From Clostridia bacterium (GTDB lineage: Bacteria; Bacillota; Clostridia; UBA1212; UBA1255), in contig JAFWZX010000038.1 in assembly GCA_017517275.1 (NCBI GenBank), forward strand, positions 388-64,387: a stretch of 64,000 nt of DNA. Direction: 5' to 3'. The stretch's first letter is position 1. Each line of letters opens with the position of its first letter. The notes below the pieces were generated by a model. The model did not search any database. It was not told the DNA's origin and saw only the letters and a list, made by a program, of their open reading frames with translations. This document shows positions 46,203 to 56,601 of this stretch, piece by piece. The position numbers were made by a program, and so were the translations under genes.

Positions 46203-47243
46203 TTATTCTTCTCCGTTTATAGCACTTCGTCTCAACTGTCCGCAGGCCGCTTCTATATCCCTGCCCAAAGATCTCCTTATCGTTACGTTTATTCCGTCTT
46301 TCTCAAGAAGCGCTTTGAATCTCTCTACAGCTTCTCTGTCTACGGTAACAAAACCCGTGTCACTTACTTCATTTACAGGAATTAGATTTACATGACATAG
46401 AATCCCACGGATCAGCTTAACTAATCTCGATGCATGTTCCTGCGAATCATTGACCCCTTTAATCAACGCATATTCGAATGTTATGCGACGATTCGTTCTC
46501 AATCTATAAATATTACACGCATCAAGCAATTTGTCAAGTGCGTATTTCCTATTGACCGGCATAATCACAGATCTCTGCTCGTCTATAGGATTATGAAGAG
46601 AAATACACAAGGTAATCGGTAAATTCTCATCGGCAAGCCTGACTATTTTGTCTGCCAGTCCGCAGGTTGACAGAGAAATATTCCTGTAACTTATATTCAG
46701 CCCTTCTTTATCGTTGATTAAATGTAAAAATTTAACAATATTATCGTAATTATCAAGCGGTTCTCCAATTCCCATTATAACAACTCTGGTTATTGTAACT
46801 CCGTTATCCGTATTCATACCGATAATCTGTCCCAAACACTCTCCCGGTGTAAGGTCTCTTATAAAGCCACATTTGGCCGACGCACAGAAAGTACAACCCA
46901 TTTTGCAACCTACCTGAGATGAAATGCATGCCGTATAACCATATTTATACTTCATTAAAACACTTTCTATAAGATTCCCGTCTCCGGTATCAAATAAATA
47001 CTTAATTGTGCCATCAAGTTCAGACGTAAGTTTCTTGAATATTTTTAACTTCCCGGAAGAAAATTTTTCACTCATGGATTGTCTCATTTCCTTAGGAAGA
47101 TTTGTCATTTCGTCAAAATCCCTTCCCTGATATATCCATTTGTAAACTTGTTCTCCCCTAAAAGGCGCAAACCCCTCGGCCTTCATTAAAACTTTTAATT
47201 CATCTAAGGAATAATCAAGTAAATTGCGTAACCTTGTGTCCAT
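46203..47243 (-). CDS. rlmN: 23S rRNA/tRNA (adenine-C2)-methyltransferase, radical SAM (RlmN)
   Basis: It has the radical-SAM motif CKMGCTFCAS, FRGEQVYKWIY and a C-terminal ...IEAACGQLR. The start at MDTRLRN (47243) has an AGGAG RBS; the ORF-track start 47294 overlaps fmt more deeply. Confidence 0.88.
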   Translation of the reverse strand: MDTRLRNLLDYSLDELKVLMKAEGFAPFRGEQVYKWIYQGRDFDEMTNLPKEMRQSMSEKFSSGKLKIFKKLTSELDGTIKYLFDTGDGNLIESVLMKYKYGYTACISSQVGCKMGCTFCASAKCGFIRDLTPGECLGQIIGMNTDNGVTITRVVIMGIGEPLDNYDNIVKFLHLINDKEGLNISYRNISLSTCGLADKIVRLADENLPITLCISLHNPIDEQRSVIMPVNRKYALDKLLDACNIYRLRTNRRITFEYALIKGVNDSQEHASRLVKLIRGILCHVNLIPVNEVSDTGFVTVDREAVERFKALLEKDGINVTIRRSLGRDIEAACGQLRRSAINGEE

Positions 47244-48186
47244 TGATAAAGTCTCCTGCTGCCATTCGTTTGGCTCCGTCTGCCTGAATTTCAATAATCC
47301 TCAGTACTCCATGTCCTGTTATAACGTCTATACCGTCTTTATCTGCTTTAATAACAGTTCCTGGCGCTCCTTGAGTGGTCGCCTGCTGAGAGGAAACAAT
47401 GCTTTTATGGATTTTTACTCTCTCACCACCATTGTACGTCGTATATGCAGACGGAAAAGGATTCGTTCCCCTTATAAGATTATGAATCTCCATAGCAGAT
47501 TTATTCCAGTCGATATGCCCCGTATCACGATTTACCATAGCTGCATACGTTGCTTTACTATGATCCTGCTTTATAGGAACAAGAGTTCCTTCTTCAAGCA
47601 GTTTAAGGGTTTTTATCAATACAGGACCGCTAATTTCTGCCAATTTATCATGTAGCTCACCGGTAGTCATATTGTCGTCTATATCAACTGTTTCGGTAAG
47701 AAGCATATCTCCGGTGTCAATCCCAGAGTCAGTCATCATCGTAGTTACGCCGCTTTGTTTGTCACCGTTTATGATGCTATGCCATATCGGAGCCGCGCCC
47801 CTTAGCGCAGGAAGCAAGCTGGCATGAACGTTTATGCAGCCAAGTCTCGGTATATCTAATACAGCCTGCGGAAGAATTTTTCCATATGAGATTGTAACGA
47901 ATACGTCAGCATTGTAACTTCGAAGTTGATTCAAGATAGGTTCAAGTACATCCTTCTTGTAGCTCTCAGGTTGCATAATATCTATAACGTTACCCTGTAC
48001 AGCTCCTGATAATACATCTTGATTATGTTGCTGTACGAAGACTTTTACAGGCGGAGGAGTCATTACGTTACCTCTGCCCTTAGGACGGTCAGCTTTCGTA
48101 ACTACGCAGACAACCTGGTGCGTTTGAGTTAATATTCTTAACGTGGGCACTGAGAAATCAGGTGTGCCCATAAATACTATTTTCAT
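47215..48186 (-). CDS. fmt: methionyl-tRNA formyltransferase
   Basis: It carries MKIVFMGTPDFSVP..., the HASLLPxxRGAAP motif (HASLLPALRGAAPI), and a C-terminal beta-barrel domain. Confidence 0.92.
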   Translation of the reverse strand: MKIVFMGTPDFSVPTLRILTQTHQVVCVVTKADRPKGRGNVMTPPPVKVFVQQHNQDVLSGAVQGNVIDIMQPESYKKDVLEPILNQLRSYNADVFVTISYGKILPQAVLDIPRLGCINVHASLLPALRGAAPIWHSIINGDKQSGVTTMMTDSGIDTGDMLLTETVDIDDNMTTGELHDKLAEISGPVLIKTLKLLEEGTLVPIKQDHSKATYAAMVNRDTGHIDWNKSAMEIHNLIRGTNPFPSAYTTYNGGERVKIHKSIVSSQQATTQGAPGTVIKADKDGIDVITGHGVLRIIEIQADGAKRMAAGDFINGHKVTQFT

Positions 48187-48656
48187 TATTTTTCCTCCGG
48201 TGGTATTGGCTCATATACAAAAGCAACGTCCTTGTATAAAATTCCGTCCAGATGATCTATCTCATGGCAAAGTATAACAGCCAGGAAGCCTTCTGCGTTT
48301 ACAGTAATCAGATTGCCGTTTTCATCTAATGCTTTAACTTCTACCTTATATGGCCTTTTAACTTTCCCTCTGTAGCCGGGAAGACTAAGACAACCCTCAT
48401 CTGAATCTTGTTCGCCCTCTTTTAACGTGAATTCAGGATTTATAAGAGCCATTTTATGACCAACAGTGTCGTCTATAACAACAATTCTCTTTACAACGCC
48501 GATTTGCGGAGCTGCCAGACCCACTCCGTTTGTAGCATACATAGTCTCAAACATGTCACCTATGAGTTGGCGTGTTCCTCTGTTTACTTCGGCTACTTTT
48601 TTACATTTTATTCTGAGAACTTCATCCTCTTCTGTTCTAACCTTTCTTATAGCCAT
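48186..48656 (-). CDS. def: peptide deformylase
   Basis: It has GVGLAAPQIG, EGCLS and HEIDHLDG. The stop overlaps the fmt start (TAATG). Confidence 0.93.
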   Translation of the reverse strand: MAIRKVRTEEDEVLRIKCKKVAEVNRGTRQLIGDMFETMYATNGVGLAAPQIGVVKRIVVIDDTVGHKMALINPEFTLKEGEQDSDEGCLSLPGYRGKVKRPYKVEVKALDENGNLITVNAEGFLAVILCHEIDHLDGILYKDVAFVYEPIPPEEK

Positions 48657-48673
48657 AATACTTCCCTCCTTAT

Positions 48674-50932
48674 TTATTCAAACTTTATGTTCACGGTTAT
48701 ATTGCCCCCGCGCTTCTTTACATTAATCCACCTTTTAAGAATTTGCAATATTTTTTCTCTCGAATTTGCTTTAATTGTGATATTCCATCTGTATTTTTTG
48801 TTCATTTTTATCATTGTATCTCTCGCGGGGCCTAACACCAGTACGTCTTGTTCATTATTTTCACATATTATATTCCTTAGTTTCGCCACTTGAGTTTTTG
48901 CATGAAGAAATACTCTTTTATCATCATTCGCGCTGAATCTTATCGTACACATACTGCAAAAAGGGGGAAAATCTAAATTCCTCCTTACAATTATCTCGTT
49001 CTTGTAAAAATCCATGTAATCACCGTTTGCGCCGGCAGTAAGCGGATATGAATCAACGTCATATGCCTGAATAAGAACCTTGCCGGGGAGTTCCGCGCGT
49101 CCGGCTCGGCCCGCTACCTGGGTAAAAAGTTGAAATGCCCGTTCGGAAGCCAGATAGTCTTGCATATTCATAAGAGAGTCTGCGTTAACTATGCAGACTA
49201 ACGTAACGCCAGGAAAATCGTGTCCTTTTGCAATCATTTGTGTCCCCACAAGAATATCAGCCTCTTTTGAGGCAAAGCGTGATAGAATATCACTATATCC
49301 ATCCTTTGTAGCAGTAGAATCCGCGTCCATGCGTAATATTCTTGCCTCAGGAATCAGCGCATGCAGCTCCTGACACAGCTTTTGCGTACCCGGACATTGA
49401 TTATTAAATTCTGTGCTTCCACATTCAGGACATTTCTCCGGTTTAATTACAGTATTACCGCAATAGTGACAAATAAGTCTGTTTTGAGACGAATGATAAG
49501 TCATTGGGATGTTGCATTTTTTACACTTTAATGTCTTTGTGCAGCCTGCACACATCACCTGTCCGCTGTATCCTCTACGGTGCACGAATACCATTGTCTG
49601 AAGACCTTGGGCATAATTCTTTATTATCTCCGTCTTCATGTCGTCACATATAATGGAATCACCCATGCCGGACAAGCGTTTTTGGCGCATATCGTATATA
49701 CAACATTGCGGAAGCGGCTTGTTGTTGGCTCTGCTTTTGAGAGCCATATAATACATATCATGATTTACGGCTCTGTAAAAAGTTTTAACGGAAGGAGTCG
49801 CAGAGCCGTATAGGACCACTGCATTCTCCTGCTTTGCTCTCATAACAGCAACTTCTCTTGCATCATAATGAGGATTTGCTTCTTCAGAATAATATGATGT
49901 ATCATGCTCCTCATCAATAATGATTATACTGAGATTTTTCACAGGTGCAAAGACAGCAGAGCGAGTTCCAATGATAATCCTCACTTCTTGATTCCTGATT
50001 CGCTGCCATTGAGTACCTCTTTGTGAATCAGTGAGCTTGCTGTGAAGGACAGCTACCGTATTCCCGAACCTTGCCGTAAAATTAGCTATCATCTGAGGTG
50101 TAAGTGCAATTTCCGGAACAAGAACCATACTGCTTGATCCTTTTTCCATAACCTTGGATATTATTTGCATATATACTTCAGTCTTGCCGCTGCCTGTAAC
50201 ACCATGAAGCAAACATTCTGCAAATTTACCGTTATTTACTAATCTTACAATAAAATCATGTGCTTTTTGCTGTTCTGATCTGAGAACATGAGCCTCGTAC
50301 GTGTTCATCCCCCTGACATCAACAGGTTGATTATATTCCTGTAATTGTATCTCTTCTTCAATACGCACAAGACCTTTTTTTATCAGTGTTTTTACTACAG
50401 AATCTCCTTTGAGTCCTAAGATGCTCATTATCTCTTTGCAGGTCATGCCTGCAGTATTCTCTGTAAGGATCCTTAGTGTATCAATCTGTTTTATATTACG
50501 AAGAGTGTTTCCGTTAATAATATCATCTATGTCGCTACGAGGCTTAGCGAGAAAAACTTTCTTTACAACACGTGCTTTATATCCTTCTTTTGCTATAAAG
50601 CATCTTATCGCATCTCCTACGGTACAGAAGAAATACTCATGCATTTGCCATACTAATTTAAGCTGCTTATCGTCCAAAGCAGGAATATTCTCACAGACGT
50701 CGCTTATGTATTTGAGTTTAACATTATTTATATCACGGTCAGGAGGCAAAATCGACCATACAACAGCACGTATAGGCTTATTTGTTCTACCAAAAGGTAC
50801 AGTAACAAAACTACCTCGTTTAATTTTGCGGGCATAATCGCGCTCAACATTTACGAGGTAGCTGTATTCAATATCAAATTCATTTGTACTCTGCAGCAAG
50901 TAAACACCCACCGCATAATCCGCAGTACACAC
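48674..50932 (-). CDS. priA: primosomal replication-restart helicase PriA
   Basis: It has Walker A (GVTGSGKTEVY), DEEH, a zinc-binding Cys cluster (CAGCTKTLKCKKCNIPMTYH...CHYCG...CPECGS) and helicase C motifs (QVAGRAGR). Confidence 0.92.
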   Translation of the reverse strand: MCTADYAVGVYLLQSTNEFDIEYSYLVNVERDYARKIKRGSFVTVPFGRTNKPIRAVVWSILPPDRDINNVKLKYISDVCENIPALDDKQLKLVWQMHEYFFCTVGDAIRCFIAKEGYKARVVKKVFLAKPRSDIDDIINGNTLRNIKQIDTLRILTENTAGMTCKEIMSILGLKGDSVVKTLIKKGLVRIEEEIQLQEYNQPVDVRGMNTYEAHVLRSEQQKAHDFIVRLVNNGKFAECLLHGVTGSGKTEVYMQIISKVMEKGSSSMVLVPEIALTPQMIANFTARFGNTVAVLHSKLTDSQRGTQWQRIRNQEVRIIIGTRSAVFAPVKNLSIIIIDEEHDTSYYSEEANPHYDAREVAVMRAKQENAVVLYGSATPSVKTFYRAVNHDMYYMALKSRANNKPLPQCCIYDMRQKRLSGMGDSIICDDMKTEIIKNYAQGLQTMVFVHRRGYSGQVMCAGCTKTLKCKKCNIPMTYHSSQNRLICHYCGNTVIKPEKCPECGSTEFNNQCPGTQKLCQELHALIPEARILRMDADSTATKDGYSDILSRFASKEADILVGTQMIAKGHDFPGVTLVCIVNADSLMNMQDYLASERAFQLFTQVAGRAGRAELPGKVLIQAYDVDSYPLTAGANGDYMDFYKNEIIVRRNLDFPPFCSMCTIRFSANDDKRVFLHAKTQVAKLRNIICENNEQDVLVLGPARDTMIKMNKKYRWNITIKANSREKILQILKRWINVKKRGGNITVNIKFE

Positions 50933-50953
50933 TATATAATCACTTCACCTGTG

Positions 50954-51361
50954 TCAAATATATTTTGCGATAAAGTCAGGCGTTGCAGCTTCATCTCCGT
51001 TGATACTGATATAGAAATGTGCATTATGTTCTGCTGAAATCTTCTCTACACCTTCAAAAAAGGTCCTAAGAGATTCCGGTGTCTGGTGAACGATATAAGT
51101 AAGACCGTCAATGAATATTGTCTCAATATCATAATTCTGTGAAACAACACCACAGAGGAATCCCAAAAATGGCTCTGAACCGTAAATCGGATAATCCAAT
51201 ATATTAATAAATCTGATTTTATGAGATAACTTCATCATCAGTTCGTTACTGTCATCAATATAAACTACGGAACCGCTTGTTTCTTTTGAACAAGCATTTG
51301 CAGCGTCGAGCATTTGCTTTGTTTTGCCAGTACCTTTTTTGCCATAAAATACTTTTATCAT
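50954..51361 (-). CDS. small P-loop NTPase-like protein of unknown function
   Basis: It has a Walker A-like motif (MIKVFYGKKGTGKTKQ) and a Walker B-like hydrophobic strand + DD (VVYIDDS). A GGAGG RBS sits 8 nt upstream of the ATG at 51361. Confidence 0.5.
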   Translation of the reverse strand: MIKVFYGKKGTGKTKQMLDAANACSKETSGSVVYIDDSNELMMKLSHKIRFINILDYPIYGSEPFLGFLCGVVSQNYDIETIFIDGLTYIVHQTPESLRTFFEGVEKISAEHNAHFYISINGDEAATPDFIAKYI

Positions 51362-51439
51362 CTTTATCGCCTCCAAATGTTTTATGCATAAAGTATACAA
51401 CGAATCCAGTCGAATATCAAGGATGTTTTCTGCCCATGT

Positions 51440-51474
51440 AAAAAATCCCGCACAAATATAAGTCGGCGGGATTT
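51440..51474 (-). terminator. rho-independent terminator after the SleB-like gene
   Basis: In the minus sense it reads AAATCCCGC-cgacttatatttgt-GCGGGATTT followed by TTTAC. Confidence 0.7.
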
Positions 51475-51505
51475 GTAAAGTCTCACAACAAATTGCTACG
51501 TTTTA

Positions 51506-52240
51506 TCATGTCGCATGGCAAAAAACATGTCGTCCGATTCTCACGGACACAGGTAAAGATCTAATCCACTTGTTTGAAGCTGTAGACGGATTGTAGTAAT
51601 AAAGGCATCCATAGGTTGGATCCCATCCGTTTAAGGCATCTCGAGCAGCTTTATACGCAGTATCGTCCGGAGTAAGATTTATTTGTCCGTCTGAGACAAC
51701 GTCAAAAGCCCCGGCCTGATAAACTACACCTGCAACAGTTTTGGGAAAACGTGAATCTGCAACTCTATTCAATATCACAGCGGCCACAGCAACCTGTCCC
51801 ATATACGGCTCACCTCTTGCCTCCCCGTATATAACTCTGGCCAGTAATTCAAGATTGGAATCCACACTGGATGAAGCTGAAGACTTATATATCCCCATAG
51901 CTTGCAAGGTTATCGGGCCTGCTACACCGTCTACCGTCAGACCGTTTCTTTTTTGAAAAAGTTTCACAGCCTTTTCAGTAAGACTTCCGTAAATCCCGTC
52001 AACACTACCCGTATAATAGCCCCACGTCTTTAATTTTTTTTGAATACTTGTTACTTCACTCCCCCAGCTTCCTCTTTTAGAAAGCACAGGAGCAAACTCT
52101 TCTACGTTTTGTTCACTTACCTCATCAAAAATCACATCCGGAGTCATATCTGTTGTAAAAACAGAAGCACCCAGCAATGTAAGACCGCTTATAATCAGTA
52201 TAAAAGAAATAACTAATAATTTTGTTATTTTATCTGTCAT
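51506..52240 (-). CDS. spore cortex-lytic enzyme SleB-like (PG_binding_1 + Hydrolase_2 domains)
   Basis: It has a PG-binding repeat (VTSIQKKLKTWGYYTGSVDGIYGSLTEKAVKLFQKRNGLTVDGVAG) and the SleB/CwlJ catalytic domain (LLARVIYGEARGEPYMGQVAVAAVILNRV). An N-terminal TM/signal is present, and a GAGG RBS supports the start at 52240. Confidence 0.85.
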   Translation of the reverse strand: MTDKITKLLVISFILIISGLTLLGASVFTTDMTPDVIFDEVSEQNVEEFAPVLSKRGSWGSEVTSIQKKLKTWGYYTGSVDGIYGSLTEKAVKLFQKRNGLTVDGVAGPITLQAMGIYKSSASSSVDSNLELLARVIYGEARGEPYMGQVAVAAVILNRVADSRFPKTVAGVVYQAGAFDVVSDGQINLTPDDTAYKAARDALNGWDPTYGCLYYYNPSTASNKWIRSLPVSVRIGRHVFCHAT

Positions 52241-52310
52241 AAAAAAACACCTCAAAACATAAATTGTTTTCAGGTGTAGTATTTACGCACTTTTACGAAT
52301 TTATTCGTTA

Positions 52311-53303
52311 TCAATATGTACCTATAAAATCAGCCGGATTGATACGTTCATTATTCTCATGTACCTCGAAATGAAGATGAACTCCCGTAGATAAACCGGT
52401 GGTTCCCATAGTGGCGATATGTTGGCCTTTATCGACTTCGTCTCCCACAGAGACAAGACACGTTTTATGTGATTTTAAATGAGCATATCTTGTTTTGTAT
52501 CCATTGCCGTGATCTATTTCAATAAACCAACCGTAACTATCATTCCACTGGACCATTGTGACAACACCTTTGCCGGCAGCATATATGGCAAGGCCACCGC
52601 TCTTTGACAAATCAACACCGTAATGGAACTTAGTATAACCGAGGACCGGATGTTTCCTGTATCCGAAAGGAGAAGTCGTCTTGCCTGCAGCAGGCCTGTA
52701 ATTAGGTATTCTGTCATAATAATCTTGCAAGGCAGCGGCTTGTTCATCTATTGATGCTATCAGGTCTGATACTTGTTGCTCATCCTCAAACAATTGGGAA
52801 ACGTACTCTTTAAGCTCTTTGATTTCCTGAGAAGCAGTAAGCCATTCCTCCTGACCCTTGGTAGCAAGGCCAGAAGAACGTGCAGCATATCCATCATATA
52901 AGCCGTTGGTTATATAGTCGGAAATAAAATCCTTAAGATCTTCTATTTCTTGTTTCAGCTCTTCCTTCTCAGCAGTGTCCTTTTCATGTTGATTTTCTTG
53001 GTCTTCCAAGGAGTTTTCCAAATCCTCTATCTGCTGATCTTTCTCGTTTGCGGAATTTTCCTGATCTTGAATAGTATCATTCTTTATGTTATTTATTTCC
53101 TCTAAATTGTTTCTTTCCTGTTCAAGATTGGAAACACTCTTCTCCAAGTCAGAAATTTTTGAGTTATACTTAACAATAAGAGAAACACTCACACAGAGAA
53201 CAGCCACAACAACGGCAACACAAACAGCACATATAACCAGGTCAGTGCGACCCTTTATACGCGCTATCGCTGTCTTAATTTTATTTGTAAAACCAGTAAA
53301 CAT
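52311..53303 (-). CDS. M23 family metallopeptidase with N-terminal TM helix and coiled coil
   Basis: It has the motifs HYGVDL (HxxxD) and HLHFEV (HxH). A long E/Q/K-rich coiled-coil segment is also present. Confidence 0.85.
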   Translation of the reverse strand: MFTGFTNKIKTAIARIKGRTDLVICAVCVAVVVAVLCVSVSLIVKYNSKISDLEKSVSNLEQERNNLEEINNIKNDTIQDQENSANEKDQQIEDLENSLEDQENQHEKDTAEKEELKQEIEDLKDFISDYITNGLYDGYAARSSGLATKGQEEWLTASQEIKELKEYVSQLFEDEQQVSDLIASIDEQAAALQDYYDRIPNYRPAAGKTTSPFGYRKHPVLGYTKFHYGVDLSKSGGLAIYAAGKGVVTMVQWNDSYGWFIEIDHGNGYKTRYAHLKSHKTCLVSVGDEVDKGQHIATMGTTGLSTGVHLHFEVHENNERINPADFIGTY

Positions 53304-53366
53304 ACTAAATTATCCCTTGTTGCTCTATGTGACACCGAACCATTTTACCGCGGCTTCAAGTATTTG

Positions 53367-54740
53367 TCAACTTTTACTCAAATTCTTAAATTCATCTGCC
53401 AATTTATCAAGATCTCCGCAACTTAAAAGGACAATCATATCCTTACTCGTAACGTGTTCTTCTAAATAAGCAGCAATTTGAGAAAAAGATCCTATATTTC
53501 TTGAATCCAGTCCTTTCTGAACACAATAGTCAGAAATCTGTTTTCCGGTAATCTCATGCTTATCTATTTCTCTTGCGGCATAAATATCCGTAACTATAAC
53601 AACGTCTGCATCTTTAAGAACTTCCGGAAACACTTCAAAAAAAGCCAAAGCGCGTGAAAACGTAACAGGTTGGAAAACAGCATAAATCTTCCCACCCTCT
53701 TGCTTCTTACTCTTTGCTATTTCCAAAGTCACCTTAAGTTCCGTAGGATGATGGGCGTAATCATCGATAAGAGGAGCACCGTTTACGTAGCCCACACATT
53801 CAAACCGTCTTTTTGTACCAGTATACTGGTTAAGTCCGTCACAAATCTCTTCCGGACTACAACCAAGCTCGCAGCAAACAGCACATGCAGCCAAACTATT
53901 CAAAACGTTAAAGCTTCCCGGCACACTTATCTTAACGGCGAAAGATTCCCCTGTTGCTTTTCTTAGTACTTTATAAGAGGTTTTGTCTTTGCCGATGCAA
54001 ACGTCAGTAGCGCAATAATCAAAATCTCCGTCAATTCCATACGTCAGTACGCGGCACTTCGCTCCGGCCGTAATCTGAGAGATATATTCATCATGACCGC
54101 ATACTACCGCAAAGCCGTCATCACGGCATTGCAATACAAATTGTCTGAAGGCAGCAATAAGATTATCAAATGTTTTATAATAATCAAGGTGATCTTCCTC
54201 AATGTTCGTGACGACTGCCGCATAAGGGTAAAAATGAAGAAAACTGCCGCTGAATTCACAAGCCTCAGTAACAAAATAGTCACCGTCAGACGGCAGTACA
54301 TTATTATGAATACGTTCAAGAACCCCGCCTATGTGTATGCAGGGTTCTTTGTTAGCTGAAATCATTATAGATGAAATCATAGAAGTCGTAGTAGTCTTCC
54401 CGTGAGTGCCGGAAACAGCTACCGTATACGGATGTCTCTTGGCCAGTTGTCCCAGATATTCGCCACGTTCTACCGTAGGAATACCTCTTCTTCTTGCCTC
54501 AACAAGTTCCGGATTATCAGATGCAATCGCTGCGGAATAAACCACCAGATCGATATCATCAGATATATTTTCGGAACTGTGCACCGGATATATGGTAATA
54601 CCTGATGCCATAAGCTTCTTTGTCTTAGAGTTTTGTGCTCTGTCTGACCCACTTACCCTACATCCGCTACTTCTTACAAGCTCAGCGATTCCGCTCATGC
54701 TTGATCCGCCAATTCCTATGAAATATACATGTTTTGGCAT
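53367..54740 (-). CDS. murC: UDP-N-acetylmuramate--L-alanine ligase
   Basis: It carries HVYFIGIGGSSMSGIAE and VSGTHGKTTTTSM (P-loop). The Mur ligase middle and C-terminal domains are present (DDYAHHP). Confidence 0.92.
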   Translation of the reverse strand: MPKHVYFIGIGGSSMSGIAELVRSSGCRVSGSDRAQNSKTKKLMASGITIYPVHSSENISDDIDLVVYSAAIASDNPELVEARRRGIPTVERGEYLGQLAKRHPYTVAVSGTHGKTTTTSMISSIMISANKEPCIHIGGVLERIHNNVLPSDGDYFVTEACEFSGSFLHFYPYAAVVTNIEEDHLDYYKTFDNLIAAFRQFVLQCRDDGFAVVCGHDEYISQITAGAKCRVLTYGIDGDFDYCATDVCIGKDKTSYKVLRKATGESFAVKISVPGSFNVLNSLAACAVCCELGCSPEEICDGLNQYTGTKRRFECVGYVNGAPLIDDYAHHPTELKVTLEIAKSKKQEGGKIYAVFQPVTFSRALAFFEVFPEVLKDADVVIVTDIYAAREIDKHEITGKQISDYCVQKGLDSRNIGSFSQIAAYLEEHVTSKDMIVLLSCGDLDKLADEFKNLSKS

Positions 54741-54765
54741 GTTAAATAATCATCCTTTTTGTTAA

Positions 54766-56523
54766 TTACATTGCGTTTACGCGGTTGCAAAGAGCTTCGT
54801 ACTGAGCCTTGATCTCTGCAGGGAGCTTTTCGAAGCGAGCAAGGTGTGCCTTCTGGTCTTCGATTTCCTGGAGCCAAGCATCCTTGTCGATGGAAAGAAG
54901 GTTCTCAAGAACTTTCTCATCAACTTCACAGCCTTCAAGATCAATGTCCTTAGCATAAGGCAGATAACCGATAGCAGATTCGCGTGCATCAACTGTACCG
55001 TTACATCTTGCAAGAATCCAAAGAAGAACTCTGAGATTGTCGCCAAATCCCGGCCAAATGAAGTTTCCTTCATCATCAAGACGGAACCAGTTAACGTTGA
55101 AGATCTTAGGCGGGTTAGGAATCTTCTTGCCCATTTCAAGCCAGTGAGCAAAATATTCACCCATATTGTATCCACAGAAAGGAAGCATAGCCATAGGATC
55201 TCTTCTTACTACGCCAACAGCACCCGTAGCAGCTGCAGTTGTCTCAGAAGCCATTGTAGCACCAACAAACACACCGTGTTCCCAGTTAAATGACTGATAT
55301 ACCAACGGAGCAACTTTAGCACGTCTACCACCAAAGATCATTGCTGAAATCGGTACACCTGCAGGATTCTCCCACTCCTTAGAAATGCAAGGACACTGAC
55401 AAGCAGGAGCTGTAAATCTTGAGTTAGGATGAGCAGCCTTGGTCTCCATATCAGGAGTCCAATCGTTGCCTCTCCAGTCAAGAGCCTTCGTCGGTGCAGG
55501 AACACCCATCTTCTCCCACCAAATCTTCTTATCCGGTGTAAGTGCAACGTTTGTGAAAATTGTATTAGCTTTGCATGTGAGTAAAGCGTTAGGATTGGAC
55601 TTCATACTTGTTCCCGGAGCAACGCCGAAGAATCCTGCTTCAGGGTTAACTGCCCACAGTCTACCATCACTGCCAATTCTGAGCCATGCAATATCATCGC
55701 CGACAGTCCATACTTTATAGCCAAGCTTCTGATATTTCTCCGGAGGAATAAGCATAGCCAGGTTAGTCTTACCGCAAGCACTGGGGAAAGCGGCTGATAC
55801 GTATTGAACATTTCCGTTAGGATCTTCTACACCAAGAATAAGCATATGTTCTGCCATCCAGCCTTCCTTACGTCCGAGCCAGCTTGCAATACGAAGAGCA
55901 AAGCACTTCTTACCAAGAAGAACGTTTCCGCCGTAGCCTGAACCAAATGACCAGATACTATTGTCCTCAGGGAAGTGGCAAATAAATCTTCTTTCCGGAT
56001 TAACGTCGCCTCTTGCATGCAGACCCTTGATAAAGTTAGGAGAATCTCCCAACATATCCATAGCAACCTTACCCATTCTTGTCATAATTCTCATGTTAAG
56101 AACAACGTAGATACTGTCTGTAATCTCAATACCAACCTTGCTGAACTCTGAGAACGCAGGTCCCATGATATAAGGAATAACGTACATCGTACGACCTTTC
56201 ATTGATCCTGTAAAATAAGTACCTAATTTTGCATACGCAGCGCTCTTCTCCATCCAGTTGTTAGTCGGACCTGCATCTTCTTTATGTTCAGTACAAATGA
56301 AAGTAAGGTGCTCAACTCTGGCAACGTCATTTTCAGCTGTTCTGTGATATAAACATCCGGGATATTCCTGTTGATTTAATTCAACTAATTCGCCTGTAGC
56401 TACAGCTTCTGCTGTGAGGCGGGCTTTTTCTTCTTCTGAGCCGTCGAGCCAAACAATCTTATCAGGCTGTGTCATATTAGCCATCTGCTCTACCCACTCA
56501 TTAACATATACATTCTTGTACAT
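54766..56523 (-). CDS. pckG: phosphoenolpyruvate carboxykinase (GTP)
   Basis: At 585 aa it has the length and blocks of GTP-PEPCK: FPSACGKTN (kinase-1a P-loop), WLGRKEGWMAEHMLI, GDDIAWLR and NWFR. It does not look like the ATP-type PckA. Confidence 0.88.
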   Translation of the reverse strand: MYKNVYVNEWVEQMANMTQPDKIVWLDGSEEEKARLTAEAVATGELVELNQQEYPGCLYHRTAENDVARVEHLTFICTEHKEDAGPTNNWMEKSAAYAKLGTYFTGSMKGRTMYVIPYIMGPAFSEFSKVGIEITDSIYVVLNMRIMTRMGKVAMDMLGDSPNFIKGLHARGDVNPERRFICHFPEDNSIWSFGSGYGGNVLLGKKCFALRIASWLGRKEGWMAEHMLILGVEDPNGNVQYVSAAFPSACGKTNLAMLIPPEKYQKLGYKVWTVGDDIAWLRIGSDGRLWAVNPEAGFFGVAPGTSMKSNPNALLTCKANTIFTNVALTPDKKIWWEKMGVPAPTKALDWRGNDWTPDMETKAAHPNSRFTAPACQCPCISKEWENPAGVPISAMIFGGRRAKVAPLVYQSFNWEHGVFVGATMASETTAAATGAVGVVRRDPMAMLPFCGYNMGEYFAHWLEMGKKIPNPPKIFNVNWFRLDDEGNFIWPGFGDNLRVLLWILARCNGTVDARESAIGYLPYAKDIDLEGCEVDEKVLENLLSIDKDAWLQEIEDQKAHLARFEKLPAEIKAQYEALCNRVNAM

Positions 56524-56601
56524 TTCGTTTACCTCTTTCTAAATATTGTGTATTTGCGCACGTATAAAAAGCACGTGAAATCTCAAATTCCCACATTTAT
56601 A

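Noticed and set aside
47215-47294. The fmt/rlmN overlap and the absence of rsmB between them, as a sign of a frameshift or deletion scar.
   Set aside because: An internal rlmN start at 47243 with an AGGAG RBS reduces the overlap to 29 nt. Both proteins are full length with intact motifs. Loss of rsmB from this cluster is plain gene-order variation.
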